The notes: generated by a model from the letters alone, not told the origin. DNA of 64,000 nt from Promethearchaeota archaeon (GCA_019058245.1 JAHPZJ010000006.1:64001-128000), one strand, 5' to 3'; positions 1-10,612 are shown, numbered from the stretch's first letter. Translations and numbers: made by a program.

Positions 1-1569
1 ACCTTTACTACTTATAATTCTATCTACTCTCAAGATAAGATTTGCTAATTCCATACCCGATTTTACAATATGGTTAATTAATTCGGCGGGTTCGACTATT
101 CCCTTTTTAAAATTATCTCCAATTGCATTAGTTATTGTATCAATTCCGATCCATTTATCTGCATCTGTTTTGTGAGCTGCTCTTAACTCAGTAAGTTTCT
201 CAATCTCTTCTAACCCGGCATTCTTTATTAAAGTTTTAGGGATTTCTTCAAGTGCTAAGGCAAAAGCGTTTACAGCAAGTTGTTCTTTTCCACCAATTTC
301 ATTTGCATAAGCTCTAATTCTTTTTGCAAGTTCAATATAGATTGCTCCTCCTCCTGCTACAACGGTTTTTGTGTCAAGTATTTTAGCAATAACGCTTAAT
401 ACATCATTTAAAGAGACTTCAGCAGTACTAAGAATTTTATCAAGACCACCTTTGAGCAAAATAGAAACAGATTTAGGATTTTTACAGCCTGATAACAAAG
501 TATATTCATCATCACCTAATTTTTCAAAAACTATTTTTTCAGCAAACCCTAAATCATTTTCTGAAAGAGACGCTATATCATCCACTAAATTTGCACCCAC
601 AGCTTTCATAATCGATTTATAATCGCTTTCACCAACATTTTTAATGCCTGCTATCCCTTCTCTAGCCAAGTAAGCTCCAAATTTATCAGAAATATCACTA
701 CTATTTACTATCATATTTACTCCTAAATCTTTAAAAATTTTTAAGTAATCTAATAATATTTTGTCTTCTTGATCTAGAAATTTTTGGATTTCAGAAGGAC
801 TAGAAATTCGAACTTGCGCATCGAATTCAGTTTTCTTTACATCTAATTTTCTCCTAATAACTGCAATTTTAGCATCTTTTAATAGAGTAGGCATCATAGT
901 ATTAACTTTTTCCTTTTGGATATAGACACCGTTGATTAATTCTGTTTCTCTAAGTGATTTTCCTGGTGCTTTGACAATTTTTACATTTCCTACTTTTCCA
1001 AATGTTTTTTCATCATCATCAGCAATGTGTTTAACAGCTTTAAGGGCTAAGTCTGCAAAAAAATCTTTTAGTGGAGCAATATCTTTAGCATTCATTGCTG
1101 TTTTAGCAGCATTTTTAAGAATCTCATTATCATCTCGGGAAATTTTTTCTGCAATCTCCTTCAAAATTTCTAGAGTCTTATCAGAAGCTAATTTATATCC
1201 ATGAGTAATAGGTTTGGGATGAATATCTTGTTCAATCAATTCTAACGCGTTATTTAATAAAGCTGCAGAAAATATTACTGCTGATGTCGTCCCATCACCA
1301 ATATCTTCATCAATAGATTTTGCAACATTAACCATCATATTTGCGGCAATATTTTCAATATCGAGATTTTTTAGTATCTCTGCTCCATCGTTGGTAATCG
1401 TTACATCTCCCATGGAGTCAACAAGCATTTTCGACATACCCTTTGGACCAAGAGTCGATCGTACTGTCTCCGCTATTGCAACCATCGCTGTGATGTTTTG
1501 TTTTCGAGCTTCTTTCTCACGCACTTCTTCTGTACCTTCTTTCAATATAATTATAGGAACATTGCTCAT
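1..1569 (-). CDS. ths: Thermosome (group II chaperonin) subunit, 3' end outside window
   Basis: Not in the ORF track; translated by hand from ATG at 1569: MSNVPIIILKEGTEE...STLGPKGMSKMLVDSMGDVTITNDGAEIL...IGDGTTS, the chaperonin signature motifs. Confidence 0.95.
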   Translation of the reverse strand, partial: MSNVPIIILKEGTEEVREKEARKQNITAMVAIAETVRSTLGPKGMSKMLVDSMGDVTITNDGAEILKNLDIENIAANMMVNVAKSIDEDIGDGTTSAVIFSAALLNNALELIEQDIHPKPITHGYKLASDKTLEILKEIAEKISRDDNEILKNAAKTAMNAKDIAPLKDFFADLALKAVKHIADDDEKTFGKVGNVKIVKAPGKSLRETELINGVYIQKEKVNTMMPTLLKDAKIAVIRRKLDVKKTEFDAQVRISSPSEIQKFLDQEDKILLDYLKIFKDLGVNMIVNSSDISDKFGAYLAREGIAGIKNVGESDYKSIMKAVGANLVDDIASLSENDLGFAEKIVFEKLGDDEYTLLSGCKNPKSVSILLKGGLDKILSTAEVSLNDVLSVIAKILDTKTVVAGGGAIYIELAKRIRAYANEIGGKEQLAVNAFALALEEIPKTLIKNAGLEEIEKLTELRAAHKTDADKWIGIDTITNAIGDNFKKGIVEPAELINHIVKSGMELANLILRVDRIISSKG

Positions 1570-1774
1570 TTTTCTACACTTTTATATAATTGTAAATTTG
1601 CTTATTCGTATTATTTAATGATCTCTAAATCACAAAAATTAAAAAAGTTTTCTTTATATCATTACAACCATCAATAGATATACAAGAATATATAAAAAAA
1701 TTAGGATCCATAGGAAAACAAAAAGAAGATAGTAAAGACTAGTGCTCTAATAGGAAATCTAATGAACTGCCTGA

Positions 1775-2248
1775 CTATTGAAACTCCACATAAGAACTAT
1801 TTTTGTATTCCTTTAAAATCATGTTAGAATTTGTTCTCGAAATATATTTTCTCTGATTTAACTTCCTAATAAAGTTATGTACATCTTCCGATTCCTTGAA
1901 TCTGCATATCAGAGCAGCAGATTGGTCACCAGTCGTGTGGAAAATGCTACACACTTCAGGGATTCTAGCAATTTCAGTCAAGATTTCTTCAGTAAATTTA
2001 CCATCACAGTCGATTCTTATCAAGAAGGATAATCTATAGCCAAGTTTTTCATTGCTTAGACGTAAAGTATATCCCTCGATTACCCCATTCTTCTTTAATT
2101 TCGAGATACGGTTATGTATAGTCCCAATTGAGATTCCTAATTTATCTTGAATCTCTCTGTAGCTTGTTCGAGCATCCTCTTGCAGTATTCTGAGAATATT
2201 TCTATCAATTTCATCGAGGATCTTCTCTTTTTTCATTTTATGAACCAA
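1775..2248 (-). CDS. Lrp/AsnC family transcriptional regulator
   Basis: LDEIDRNILRILQEDARTSYREI HTH, RISKLKKNGVIEGY, C-terminal RAM-like domain (TTGD). Confidence 0.92.
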   Translation of the reverse strand: MVHKMKKEKILDEIDRNILRILQEDARTSYREIQDKLGISIGTIHNRISKLKKNGVIEGYTLRLSNEKLGYRLSFLIRIDCDGKFTEEILTEIARIPEVCSIFHTTGDQSAALICRFKESEDVHNFIRKLNQRKYISRTNSNMILKEYKNSSYVEFQ

Positions 2249-2426
2249 CTTTAAAATAAAAGTATGATCAATATAATTTATTTTGAGAAATATATAAAAG
2301 TTTAGAAAAATCTAATTTTTATTGAAAATTTTTTAACTCAAATAACACATCGTTTTTTAAATTACGTTAAACGCCTTAAAATTTATTATCCTGTATATAT
2401 TTTTATTATCAGAAGATATAAAAAGA

Positions 2427-3539
2427 GTGAAAAAAAACATGGATGACGATTTTAAAATCGATCCTTGGGGTTCAACAACCTTGTTAGAGGATGATTATGA
2501 TAGGCTTATAAGAGAATTTGGGATAGAACAAATAACGGATTCTTTACGTCTAAAAATGCATAAAAATCGATTTATTAGAAGGAAAATTATCTTCGGTCAT
2601 CGAGATTTAGGTCTAATTTTTAAAGCTATAGAAAAAGGTCAACCATGGGCTGTGATGAGTGGAATAAAACCTTCTGGACCATATCATTTAGGAACCTCCA
2701 CTACTGCATTAGAAATCGTGGAATTTCAGAAAATGGGAGGTAAAGTCTATTATGGGATTGCAGATATTGAATCCTGGGAAGACAACGGTATACCATGGGA
2801 AGAAGCAGAAAAAACTGCTGTAGATAATATTGCTGACATATTAGCATTTGGATTAGATCCATCTCCAGATAAAGCTTATATTTGGAGACAATCAAAAGAA
2901 TCCATTGTCCAAGAAGTATGTTTTAAGGTGAGTCGGTTAGTTACACTAAATATGCTAAACGCTATTTATGGTGAGCGAACTTTTGGTCTTTATCTCGCCT
3001 CATTAATTCAAGTTGGCGATATTATTTTACCTCAAGTATTGGACGGTCCTCAACCAACAGTAGTCCCCGTAGGTATTGACCAAGATCCTCATTTGCGACT
3101 TACTAGAGATTTAACCCGTAGGAATTATAAGGGATTTTTCTTACCAGGTGCTACTTATCATTATTTATTAGCGGGAATTGATGGCTCTGAAAAAATGGCT
3201 AAAAGACATCCGAATAGTTATTTTACATTTAATGAACCATTAGAATCAATTGAAAGAAAAGTTAAAGGAGCACTTACTGGGGGTAGAAGAAATTTAAAAG
3301 AACAGAAGCAATTAGGTGGTGAGCCGCAGAAATGCATGATTTATAAAATACTTATGTATCATTTTGAAGAAGATGATGAAAAGTTAGCTAAAGACTTTGA
3401 AATGTGTGTGAAAGGAGAATTGATGTGTGGTGATCATAAACGTGAATGTGTTGAAAAAGTATTAAAATTTATAAAAGCTCATAAAGAAAAAAAAAAGAAA
3501 CTAATAGATAAAGCGCGAACTCTTTTAAATATTGAATAG
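2427..3539 (+). CDS. trpS: Tryptophan--tRNA ligase (archaeal type)
   Basis: IDPWG, SGIKPSGPYHLG, VPVGIDQDPHLRLTRD, ALTGGR, CGDHK; HIGH and KMSKS motifs appear as variants HLGT and KMAKR. Confidence 0.92.
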   Translation: MKKNMDDDFKIDPWGSTTLLEDDYDRLIREFGIEQITDSLRLKMHKNRFIRRKIIFGHRDLGLIFKAIEKGQPWAVMSGIKPSGPYHLGTSTTALEIVEFQKMGGKVYYGIADIESWEDNGIPWEEAEKTAVDNIADILAFGLDPSPDKAYIWRQSKESIVQEVCFKVSRLVTLNMLNAIYGERTFGLYLASLIQVGDIILPQVLDGPQPTVVPVGIDQDPHLRLTRDLTRRNYKGFFLPGATYHYLLAGIDGSEKMAKRHPNSYFTFNEPLESIERKVKGALTGGRRNLKEQKQLGGEPQKCMIYKILMYHFEEDDEKLAKDFEMCVKGELMCGDHKRECVEKVLKFIKAHKEKKKKLIDKARTLLNIE

Positions 3540-3716
3540 TATTATTTTATTCTTACTATCTTATTTCAAATTAATATATGGACTAAGTTAATAGGTCCAA
3601 AACAATCTTTACAAAAAATCGAATGTCAATTTTAGAATTTTTTCTATAAATAGAAAAATTTAAGGGTCCTTAATATTTAAAAAAGAAATTGGATTAAATA
3701 AAATCGTGTATTTCTT

Positions 3717-4739
3717 ATGGAGCAGATAATCTCACGATGTGGTAACTTATGTTCTGAATGCCCTTGGTCTATTTACATACGAAAAAAAATTGCTAAAGAA
3801 GATTGGGAGGATTATTCTAAAGAGGTTAAAAAATATCTTGGATTTAAACCAGTCAAGTATGAATGGGAAGGTTGTGTAGGGTGTTTAACTCCAAATGAAG
3901 AATTACCAAAAGACCCTTTTTATAATTTCTTGAAAAAATGTCGTACAAGAAAATGTGGAAATTATAATGAAGTTAATAATTGTGCCTATTGTGGAAGGTT
4001 CCCTTGTGCAAATACCGTGGCAAGCAATAATTTCACAAGAGAAAAAATATCTGAAAAAATAGGAAGCATTATTGATGACGAGACCTATGAAGGCTATATT
4101 AAAATGTTTGACGCTATGACAAATCTTAAAAAAATCCGCAGTAGTTTGAAAGACAATGAAATTAAAAATCCTAAAACTATTTCTAAAAAAACTGATATTA
4201 TCAAATTAAAAGGGGAATTTAAGAATAAAAATTATAGAAGAATATATGAGAAATTAATTGAAATTGCGAATTCTAATTTAGGTATTATTGGAATTGATAC
4301 CATTTCAGGTTATGAACAATATTTGTTGAGAAAAGATATTCTATGGAAATTTATATGGATTTTCGGATTATATGGAAATATTAAAGATAAGGAACTAATA
4401 ATTGATAGTATTACTTTGTATGAAAATCGAAAACCTGTTAGCCTTCCAAAAAATGAAGAGGAATGGAAATTATATTTTGACATTTTAACCCAATTTGGAA
4501 TATTTAGCGAACTTGAAATAAAAACTAATAAATTATATACTCCTACAGGCTATATGCGATTTAAAGTACCCCAAACTAATAAACCCGCCTATATAATTAA
4601 AATGAAAGTTAATCCCAATCTTCAGGAACCCCAGTTTTTTAAGATATTGAATGAAATCACATCTGAATTGCAAATTACAACAGGTAAACGTGCGTTCACA
4701 TACTTTAAAAATTTAAATTTCCACTCGCTTCTAAAATAA
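3717..4739 (+). CDS. DUF3795-like Cys-rich domain protein with C-terminal extension
   Basis: SRCGNLCSECP...CVGC...CRTRKC...NCAYCGRFPC pattern. Confidence 0.7.
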   Translation: MEQIISRCGNLCSECPWSIYIRKKIAKEDWEDYSKEVKKYLGFKPVKYEWEGCVGCLTPNEELPKDPFYNFLKKCRTRKCGNYNEVNNCAYCGRFPCANTVASNNFTREKISEKIGSIIDDETYEGYIKMFDAMTNLKKIRSSLKDNEIKNPKTISKKTDIIKLKGEFKNKNYRRIYEKLIEIANSNLGIIGIDTISGYEQYLLRKDILWKFIWIFGLYGNIKDKELIIDSITLYENRKPVSLPKNEEEWKLYFDILTQFGIFSELEIKTNKLYTPTGYMRFKVPQTNKPAYIIKMKVNPNLQEPQFFKILNEITSELQITTGKRAFTYFKNLNFHSLLK

Positions 4740-4774
4740 ACATTGATTTAAATGCAGTTTTGTTAGCAGCTTAT

Positions 4775-5698
4775 TTACATTAGTTGACTTAATATTTTTT
4801 TCATATCATCAAGAAAATTAGGGAATTTCTCAAAGAAATTTGTTTTTTGATCCGCCTTAAGTAAGGCAGATACAAAAAATGTCTCAGATTTTATACTGAA
4901 TTTTAGTAAATATGAAAAAAGCATCCCTTCAGATGAGGTGAAATCAAAATTTCCTTCATATTTTTCCTCTTCCATCCGCTTGAGTAAAAAGAGATGTTCC
5001 TTAATAGATTCTATTAACTCAATATATACATCAGGTTTAATATCATTATAATATTCAGAAATAATAATACCATTATGATCAAATATTATTAGAGCTTGAT
5101 TCTTAAAGAGATCTATATAGTATTCCAAAAGTTCACTTAGTTCAAAAAATTTTTTATCGAATACTGATAATCCGTATGAGACTAACTGAACAATAGAGAT
5201 TATGTCATATATCGACGACTGCTGAAAAAGTATATTGAATTCAGAATATTCATCCAAAATTTTTTCTCTTAGTTCTTCAATATTTGCCAGAATTTCTTCA
5301 TTAGCTTTTAACTCAGGATCAAATTTATGAAACGTAATGATTATTGGAACTTCCATTTTACTTTCGGAAAAAAAGGTTAAAATTGAATTTAAATATCCAA
5401 GTGAGTCATCAAATCGTTCTGGATCTTGAATATCAATGACATAGATAAGTAAATCAGTAGAATCAAAGTAGACATCCTGAAAGTTAACATAAATCTCACG
5501 ATAAGCTTCCTGACCTCCCATATCCCAGTATATGCAGTTGTTTCTTAAAAAGTTCATCTTATGATATTCCACTCTAATAGTGGGTTTAAGTTGGACAATA
5601 TCCTTTTCGAAATCATATTTTTTGTCCAAAGCTGTTAAGATAGATGTCTTCCCTGCATTATCAAGACCACTTACAATAATTTTTAATAATGATTCCAT
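4775..5698 (-). CDS. Small GTPase (Rag/Arf-like) with C-terminal roadblock/longin-like domain
   Basis: G1 GLDNAGKTS, G2 PTI, G3 WDMGGQ, G4 HKFD, G5 SSIYD; about 130-aa C-terminal alpha/beta domain (IIFDHNGIIISEY). Confidence 0.85.
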   Translation of the reverse strand: MESLLKIIVSGLDNAGKTSILTALDKKYDFEKDIVQLKPTIRVEYHKMNFLRNNCIYWDMGGQEAYREIYVNFQDVYFDSTDLLIYVIDIQDPERFDDSLGYLNSILTFFSESKMEVPIIITFHKFDPELKANEEILANIEELREKILDEYSEFNILFQQSSIYDIISIVQLVSYGLSVFDKKFFELSELLEYYIDLFKNQALIIFDHNGIIISEYYNDIKPDVYIELIESIKEHLFLLKRMEEEKYEGNFDFTSSEGMLFSYLLKFSIKSETFFVSALLKADQKTNFFEKFPNFLDDMKKILSQLM

Positions 5699-6014
5699 TG
5701 AGGCTAACTCATATTTATTTAAGGTATTTATTGAATGTAATAAAATAATAGATCTACTTAAATTTAAACTTCTGTGAATACAAAATTGGGATTTTTATTT
5801 TTTTGAAAGATATTAATATGGATATTGATCGTTATATTATTGAGATCTTATCTAAATATTACTCCTATGTTCTTAATTTTTATAACTTGAGAGAATCTCC
5901 AAAAATTAAAGTAAATTTAGAGTAATTTCGATGACATTTATATGATATTCATATTTTTTAAAGTGAATAATCTCATTTTACTCAATAAATTAATTCATAA
6001 AAGAGGTTAATGTT

Positions 6015-6245
6015 TTGACTGAGGTAGAAAGTAAATTTTTGGAAAATTTAGAGTATCAAATTAGTCTGAAAGAAGAAAGTTATCAAACCTTCAAAAAAAT
6101 TCCTGTTTTTACTGAACAGGTAAAACAATTCGATAAATCTGTTATGAACCTAACTGAAAAATTTGATAAAATACGTTTACGAGATAAATATCAGATAATA
6201 ATCACAGAATTAGACAATTTGATAAAAAATTCTAAAGCAAAATAA
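6015..6245 (+). CDS. Small hypothetical helical protein
   Basis: 76-aa ORF, TTG start preceded by GAGGT. Confidence 0.45.
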   Translation: MTEVESKFLENLEYQISLKEESYQTFKKIPVFTEQVKQFDKSVMNLTEKFDKIRLRDKYQIIITELDNLIKNSKAK

Positions 6246-6281
6246 TTTTTTTTTCCTATTTTTTTAATATATTGAAAAAGG

Positions 6282-6704
6282 CTAATCGCCTATGATCATG
6301 CAATAAATTTTCCGATGTCTTCCCTTTTCATCGCATTCTATAAAAATGATTTGTTGCCAAGTCCCTAAAATTAGAGATTGATTTTTAAATGGAAAAACTT
6401 GAGATGTTTTAATCAAAAAGCTTCTTAAATGTCCTGCTCCGTTGTAGTCATGCCAGGTTTTGTGATGCGCATAATCTTGCTTATAAGGTATCAGATTTTC
6501 CAATAAGTCGGGGATATCATTTTTTACTAATCCGGGTTCATATTCAATGGTCGATATTGCCCCAGTAGAACCTGCCACATGGATATTTACAATTCCATCG
6601 ATTATACCACTGCTGTTTATACATTGTTGCACTTGTTCAGTTATATTGATGACATCACAATAAGCTTTTGTTTTTAGTTCAAAAGTTTTTAATACAGTTG
6701 TCAT
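6282..6704 (-). CDS. yjbQ: YjbQ/UPF0047 family protein (secondary thiamine-phosphate synthase-like)
   Basis: GSTGAISTIEYEPGL, YAHH...NGAGHLRS, LGTWQQIIFIE. Confidence 0.9.
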   Translation of the reverse strand: MTTVLKTFELKTKAYCDVINITEQVQQCINSSGIIDGIVNIHVAGSTGAISTIEYEPGLVKNDIPDLLENLIPYKQDYAHHKTWHDYNGAGHLRSFLIKTSQVFPFKNQSLILGTWQQIIFIECDEKGRHRKIYCMIIGD

Positions 6705-6710
6705 TTTTCG

Positions 6711-7754
6711 TTATTTACCTTTATCACAGATATTAATTTTATTAATTTGGTTTAATAAAGATTTTGGGAGATTATTTTCATTAGCTTCCTTTAAAGCAAT
6801 TATTTTGGAGAGGATGAGAAGTTCAATTTGATCAAATGCTTTGATATTTGTCCACCCATTTGATTCTCCTGCTTCAATACAAATGAAAAATGGCGCTTTT
6901 TTCAATTTCAAACACTTAGTCTCTTTACAATTTTCACATTTTTTGGGAAAATAATATACGTTTCCATTTCCCCTTAGATAAATTGAAAAAGTACCAAAAT
7001 TTTTATTTTTAATTTTAATCCAATTAGGGGGTTCAAATATTATATCCAACTTTAAATTTAAAATATAATCTATGAGTTTTTCTGTATTGATTTTATGAAT
7101 ATCCTCAGTATTGCGAGTTTCAGGTTCGAAATAATCATTACATTCATCAGAAATGTTAGATTGAAAGAAAAGTAAATTCAGGGGTATAAAATCAATGTAA
7201 TAAACATTTTCTAATTCTTTATATCTCTCTTTTTTTAGGAAATTAGAACAAATTTGATCTAAAATATCTGAAGGTTTAGATATTTCTTTAATTTGTATAT
7301 TGTATGATTCTATTTTTGATTTAAAATCTTTAACTGATAAATATTGATAAATAATTTCATCTTTAGTTAATTGCTCAAGAATGATGCAAAAAACTACCAT
7401 AATTGAGGGTAATCTTGCTTGAATTTCATCAAAGTAATGTAAAATTTGATCTATTTTTTTTTCTGAGATAAGTATTATAATCGCTTCAGCACCATTGTAA
7501 AAAATTGTGCGTAGATAAGCTCTTTGTTGTCTGCAATCAATATTCCATAAAAGAAATTCAAATATATCATTTTCTCGAAATGAAAAATCAATTTTACTAA
7601 TATTTACTCCAATATTCTGCTTGTTTTCTATAGGTAAGGCATTAGAACTCAATTCTTTTTGAAACTCATCTTTATAATGTTCCATCCCTCCTAAAATGCA
7701 AACTTTTTTTTTCATTATTTTTTTTTCATAGAGTGGAGAATCTAAAGAACTCAT
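6711..7754 (-). CDS. Degenerate Rab/Ras-like GTPase domain plus Cys-containing C-terminal domain
   Basis: KKKVCILG, NIGVNISKIDF, LWNIDCRQQRAYLRTIFYNGAEAIII resemble the Rab fold, but G1, G3 and G4 are lost. Confidence 0.6.
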   Translation of the reverse strand: MSSLDSPLYEKKIMKKKVCILGGMEHYKDEFQKELSSNALPIENKQNIGVNISKIDFSFRENDIFEFLLWNIDCRQQRAYLRTIFYNGAEAIIILISEKKIDQILHYFDEIQARLPSIMVVFCIILEQLTKDEIIYQYLSVKDFKSKIESYNIQIKEISKPSDILDQICSNFLKKERYKELENVYYIDFIPLNLLFFQSNISDECNDYFEPETRNTEDIHKINTEKLIDYILNLKLDIIFEPPNWIKIKNKNFGTFSIYLRGNGNVYYFPKKCENCKETKCLKLKKAPFFICIEAGESNGWTNIKAFDQIELLILSKIIALKEANENNLPKSLLNQINKINICDKGK

Positions 7755-7892
7755 CTTGCCATCGTTTAAATTATAAAGAAGATAAGCTATTTCTATTAAA
7801 TAATAAATTCTATTAAATAATAAATTTATTTATGTATTTTTATTTTAATTTAACTATCTAGATTTCAACAATATTGACTATTTGAATAAATT

Positions 7893-8315
7893 ATGAGTAA
7901 AAGGTTACAGGAATTTTATAAAAAGATACACGATCCTAAAAATAAAATCCCAGAATATGCGAGTATAATCATTAGACCAGGTAAAAAACTTCTTGATTTT
8001 AAAATTAAAAAAGAAGAAGATAACATATTGAAAATAATTGCTCATGAAGAAAAGTCCTCAGGATGGTTTCAACATTCTGTTCATATTCCATTAAAAAATC
8101 TAGGGCTTTCTTATGATGCAAAGAATAAAGAGATATTAGAGTATTTATCAGAACCATCTAAAATCACAAGTAGCAAACAAACTAAGGATTTTGTTGAAGA
8201 TATTATAAGAAAATATCTAGATATTCTGCCAGAGAAGAAAAAACATTTTTTTAAAACTGAGAGATTTAAGAAAAAGAAAGAGTTCAAAACTGGTGCTCAG
8301 TTGAAAGGATTTTAA
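7893..8315 (+). CDS. Hypothetical basic protein
   Basis: 140-aa ORF with typical codon usage. Confidence 0.6.
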   Translation: MSKRLQEFYKKIHDPKNKIPEYASIIIRPGKKLLDFKIKKEEDNILKIIAHEEKSSGWFQHSVHIPLKNLGLSYDAKNKEILEYLSEPSKITSSKQTKDFVEDIIRKYLDILPEKKKHFFKTERFKKKKEFKTGAQLKGF

Positions 8316-8648
8316 TCACCTTATTTTAGTTCCTGGAGGAATTGGTTTTCTTTCATCAATTTTTAATAAAAAAGGCTCATTATTGAGATCAGCTGCAAGG
8401 AGCATACCTTGACTTTCAACACCCATAAATTTTCTTGACTTTAAATTGGTAAGAACTATAATTTTCTTATTAATTAATTCGGGTGGAGAATAATAGTTAG
8501 CAATTCCAGTAACTATTTGTCTTAAACCTTTCTCTCCACAATCCACTATTAATGTGTAGAGATTTTTTGATATGGGTATTTTATTGCAGCTTTTTACTAG
8601 TCCTACTCGGAGATCAAGTTTTAAAAATGTCTCATAATTAATTTCCAT
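8316..8648 (-). CDS. Stand-alone tRNA-binding OB-fold protein (Trbp111/MetRS C-terminal-like)
   Basis: FLKLDLRVG, RQIVTGI, VLTNLKSRKFMGVESQGMLLAA, PPGTKIR. Confidence 0.9.
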   Translation of the reverse strand: MEINYETFLKLDLRVGLVKSCNKIPISKNLYTLIVDCGEKGLRQIVTGIANYYSPPELINKKIIVLTNLKSRKFMGVESQGMLLAADLNNEPFLLKIDERKPIPPGTKIR

Positions 8649-8655
8649 AATAAAT

Positions 8656-9522
8656 TTATCCTCTTAATGGCATACCATTTAAATTTACATATAGTTGTTC
8701 TTTTGGTTTTCTTTCTCGATACGGATTCTTAATATTATTAATTTTTCTTCCAAAAGTTAAATAGCCAGTATGACCAATCATTCTTACTTCTGGTCGAGTT
8801 GCATTTTCTTTTACTTGAATTTTTCTTTTTATTAATTCATATGTATTAATTTCAACCATTTTGTATTCCTTCATTTTTGAAACTGTTTTTTTAACTTGTT
8901 CGATAGTAGGAGAAAAAGAAACAAGTGTACCACTTAATTTCAGATAACTAACTGCTTTTTCAATAGCATTCCAAGGCGTTGCCATGTCTAAAACTATAGC
9001 ATCAACATCACTTATGGGAAATTCATCATTTATTATATCTCCAGATTGAATTGAAACGAAATTATCTAAATTAGCTCTACTTACATTTTTTTTTGCTCTT
9101 TTTATTGACTTTTCACGGACATCATATGAGTAAACATGTCCATTTGGACGTATATAATTTCCTAAAATGCATGTTAAAGCCCCTGAGCCGCATCCTGCTT
9201 CAATAACAATACTTCCAGGTCCAATTCCGGTATAAAGTAAGATTAATCCAGCATCCTCTGGATATATAATTTGAGTTTTACGAGTCATATGAAGAATATA
9301 ATCAGAGGGCAATGGTTTCAATATATAAAATTTATATCCTTGAGTTTCAAGAGGTTTCGAAAACACTACTGAACCATAGTTTTTACCAATTATATCATCA
9401 AATTCAATGATTCCTTTATGTGTGTGAAAATTATTTCCAGATTTCGCTTGAACTAACCATCTTCTCTTTTCATCAAGAACCAAAAAGATTAAATCATTTT
9501 CTTTGATAATATCAGAGCTCAT
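8656..9522 (-). CDS. trmI: tRNA (adenine57/58-N1)-methyltransferase
   Basis: FHTHKG, RKTQIIYPED, EAGCGSGALT, LDMATPW, SFSPTIEQV, MIGHTGYL. Confidence 0.95.
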   Translation of the reverse strand: MSSDIIKENDLIFLVLDEKRRWLVQAKSGNNFHTHKGIIEFDDIIGKNYGSVVFSKPLETQGYKFYILKPLPSDYILHMTRKTQIIYPEDAGLILLYTGIGPGSIVIEAGCGSGALTCILGNYIRPNGHVYSYDVREKSIKRAKKNVSRANLDNFVSIQSGDIINDEFPISDVDAIVLDMATPWNAIEKAVSYLKLSGTLVSFSPTIEQVKKTVSKMKEYKMVEINTYELIKRKIQVKENATRPEVRMIGHTGYLTFGRKINNIKNPYRERKPKEQLYVNLNGMPLRG

Positions 9523-9694
9523 TTTAAATCTTATCTTTATTAAATTCTAAAGTACCAAAATCTTTAACTTTTATTAAGAAAGCTTATTTTTATTATTAAT
9601 TTATTTACAAAAAATATATAAAAAATCTACAACTCACATATATATTAGACTTATAAAAAAGCTTTTTTATAAATACTCTTTTATGAATTAATTT

Positions 9695-10612
9695 ATGAGT
9701 AGAGAGAAACCCCATAGCGTTCGATCATCGCAAACTAACTTTGGAAATCTTCAATCTAAAATTGAAGATTTACGTCAGAAAAGGGACGAATTAAATAAAA
9801 AGACAAAAGATTATATCAATGAACTTCAAGATATTGAGATAGAAATTGCAAATTCTCTAAAAGTTGCTAAGGAGCAATACAAAAAAAAAAGAGATTACTG
9901 GAATAATAAGGTTAAAAAACTTAAAGAAAAAAAAATTGAATATAAAACACTTTTAGATAATTTAATAGAAGAAAAGAAGAGTTTACAGAAATCAGAAAAA
10001 GATGGTAATAATAATAAGAAAGCCCTCTCAATAAAACAAATTGAACGTAAAATTGAGAATCTTGAGAGAAGAATAGAGACAGAAACGCTTGATATTACAG
10101 AAGAAAATACTATTATTGATAAAATAAGAGAATTAGCGGCAATGAAACAGGAATGTTTATCGCAACAAAATAGCAATGAAATTTTAAAAATTGAAAGAAA
10201 AATTGAAATTGTCAAGATTAATCTCAATAAAATTTATGAACAGTTGAATAAATGGTCTGAAAAATCACAAACTTATCATTCAAGGATGTTACAAGAGTTC
10301 CAAAACGTTGATAAACTTAAAGAAGAGAAGAGAAAACTAGAAGAAGAACTAATAAATAATAAAAAAACAGCAGATCAATTTCATGAACAGTATTTAAAGC
10401 TAATGAATCAAAGAAAAAACTCATATAAGGGGAAAAAATCTTATAATCCGCGTAAAAAGCCAACAATTAAATCTGGTCGAGCAAACAAAAAAAATGAAAT
10501 GATTGAAAAAATTAAACAAGATAAATTAGCTACAGCATTAGAAAAACAAAAAGCTGGAAAAAAATTAAACCTATTTGAAGCAAGATTAATTCTTGAGAAA
10601 TCTGAAGAATAA
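9695..10612 (+). CDS. Archaeal coiled-coil protein (COG1340-like)
   Basis: Long E/K heptads; KRDELN, IENLERRIET, KAGKKLNL C-terminus. Confidence 0.75.
   Translation: MSREKPHSVRSSQTNFGNLQSKIEDLRQKRDELNKKTKDYINELQDIEIEIANSLKVAKEQYKKKRDYWNNKVKKLKEKKIEYKTLLDNLIEEKKSLQKSEKDGNNNKKALSIKQIERKIENLERRIETETLDITEENTIIDKIRELAAMKQECLSQQNSNEILKIERKIEIVKINLNKIYEQLNKWSEKSQTYHSRMLQEFQNVDKLKEEKRKLEEELINNKKTADQFHEQYLKLMNQRKNSYKGKKSYNPRKKPTIKSGRANKKNEMIEKIKQDKLATALEKQKAGKKLNLFEARLILEKSEE

Noticed and set aside
371-1618. Three + strand ORFs (371, 932, 1391)
   Set aside because: Antisense shadows of the thermosome gene on the minus strand
7791-7824. Tandem 17-bp duplication TTCTATTAAATAATAAA x2 in a divergent promoter
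   Set aside because: Only two AT-rich copies with no spacer; probably slippage and not CRISPR
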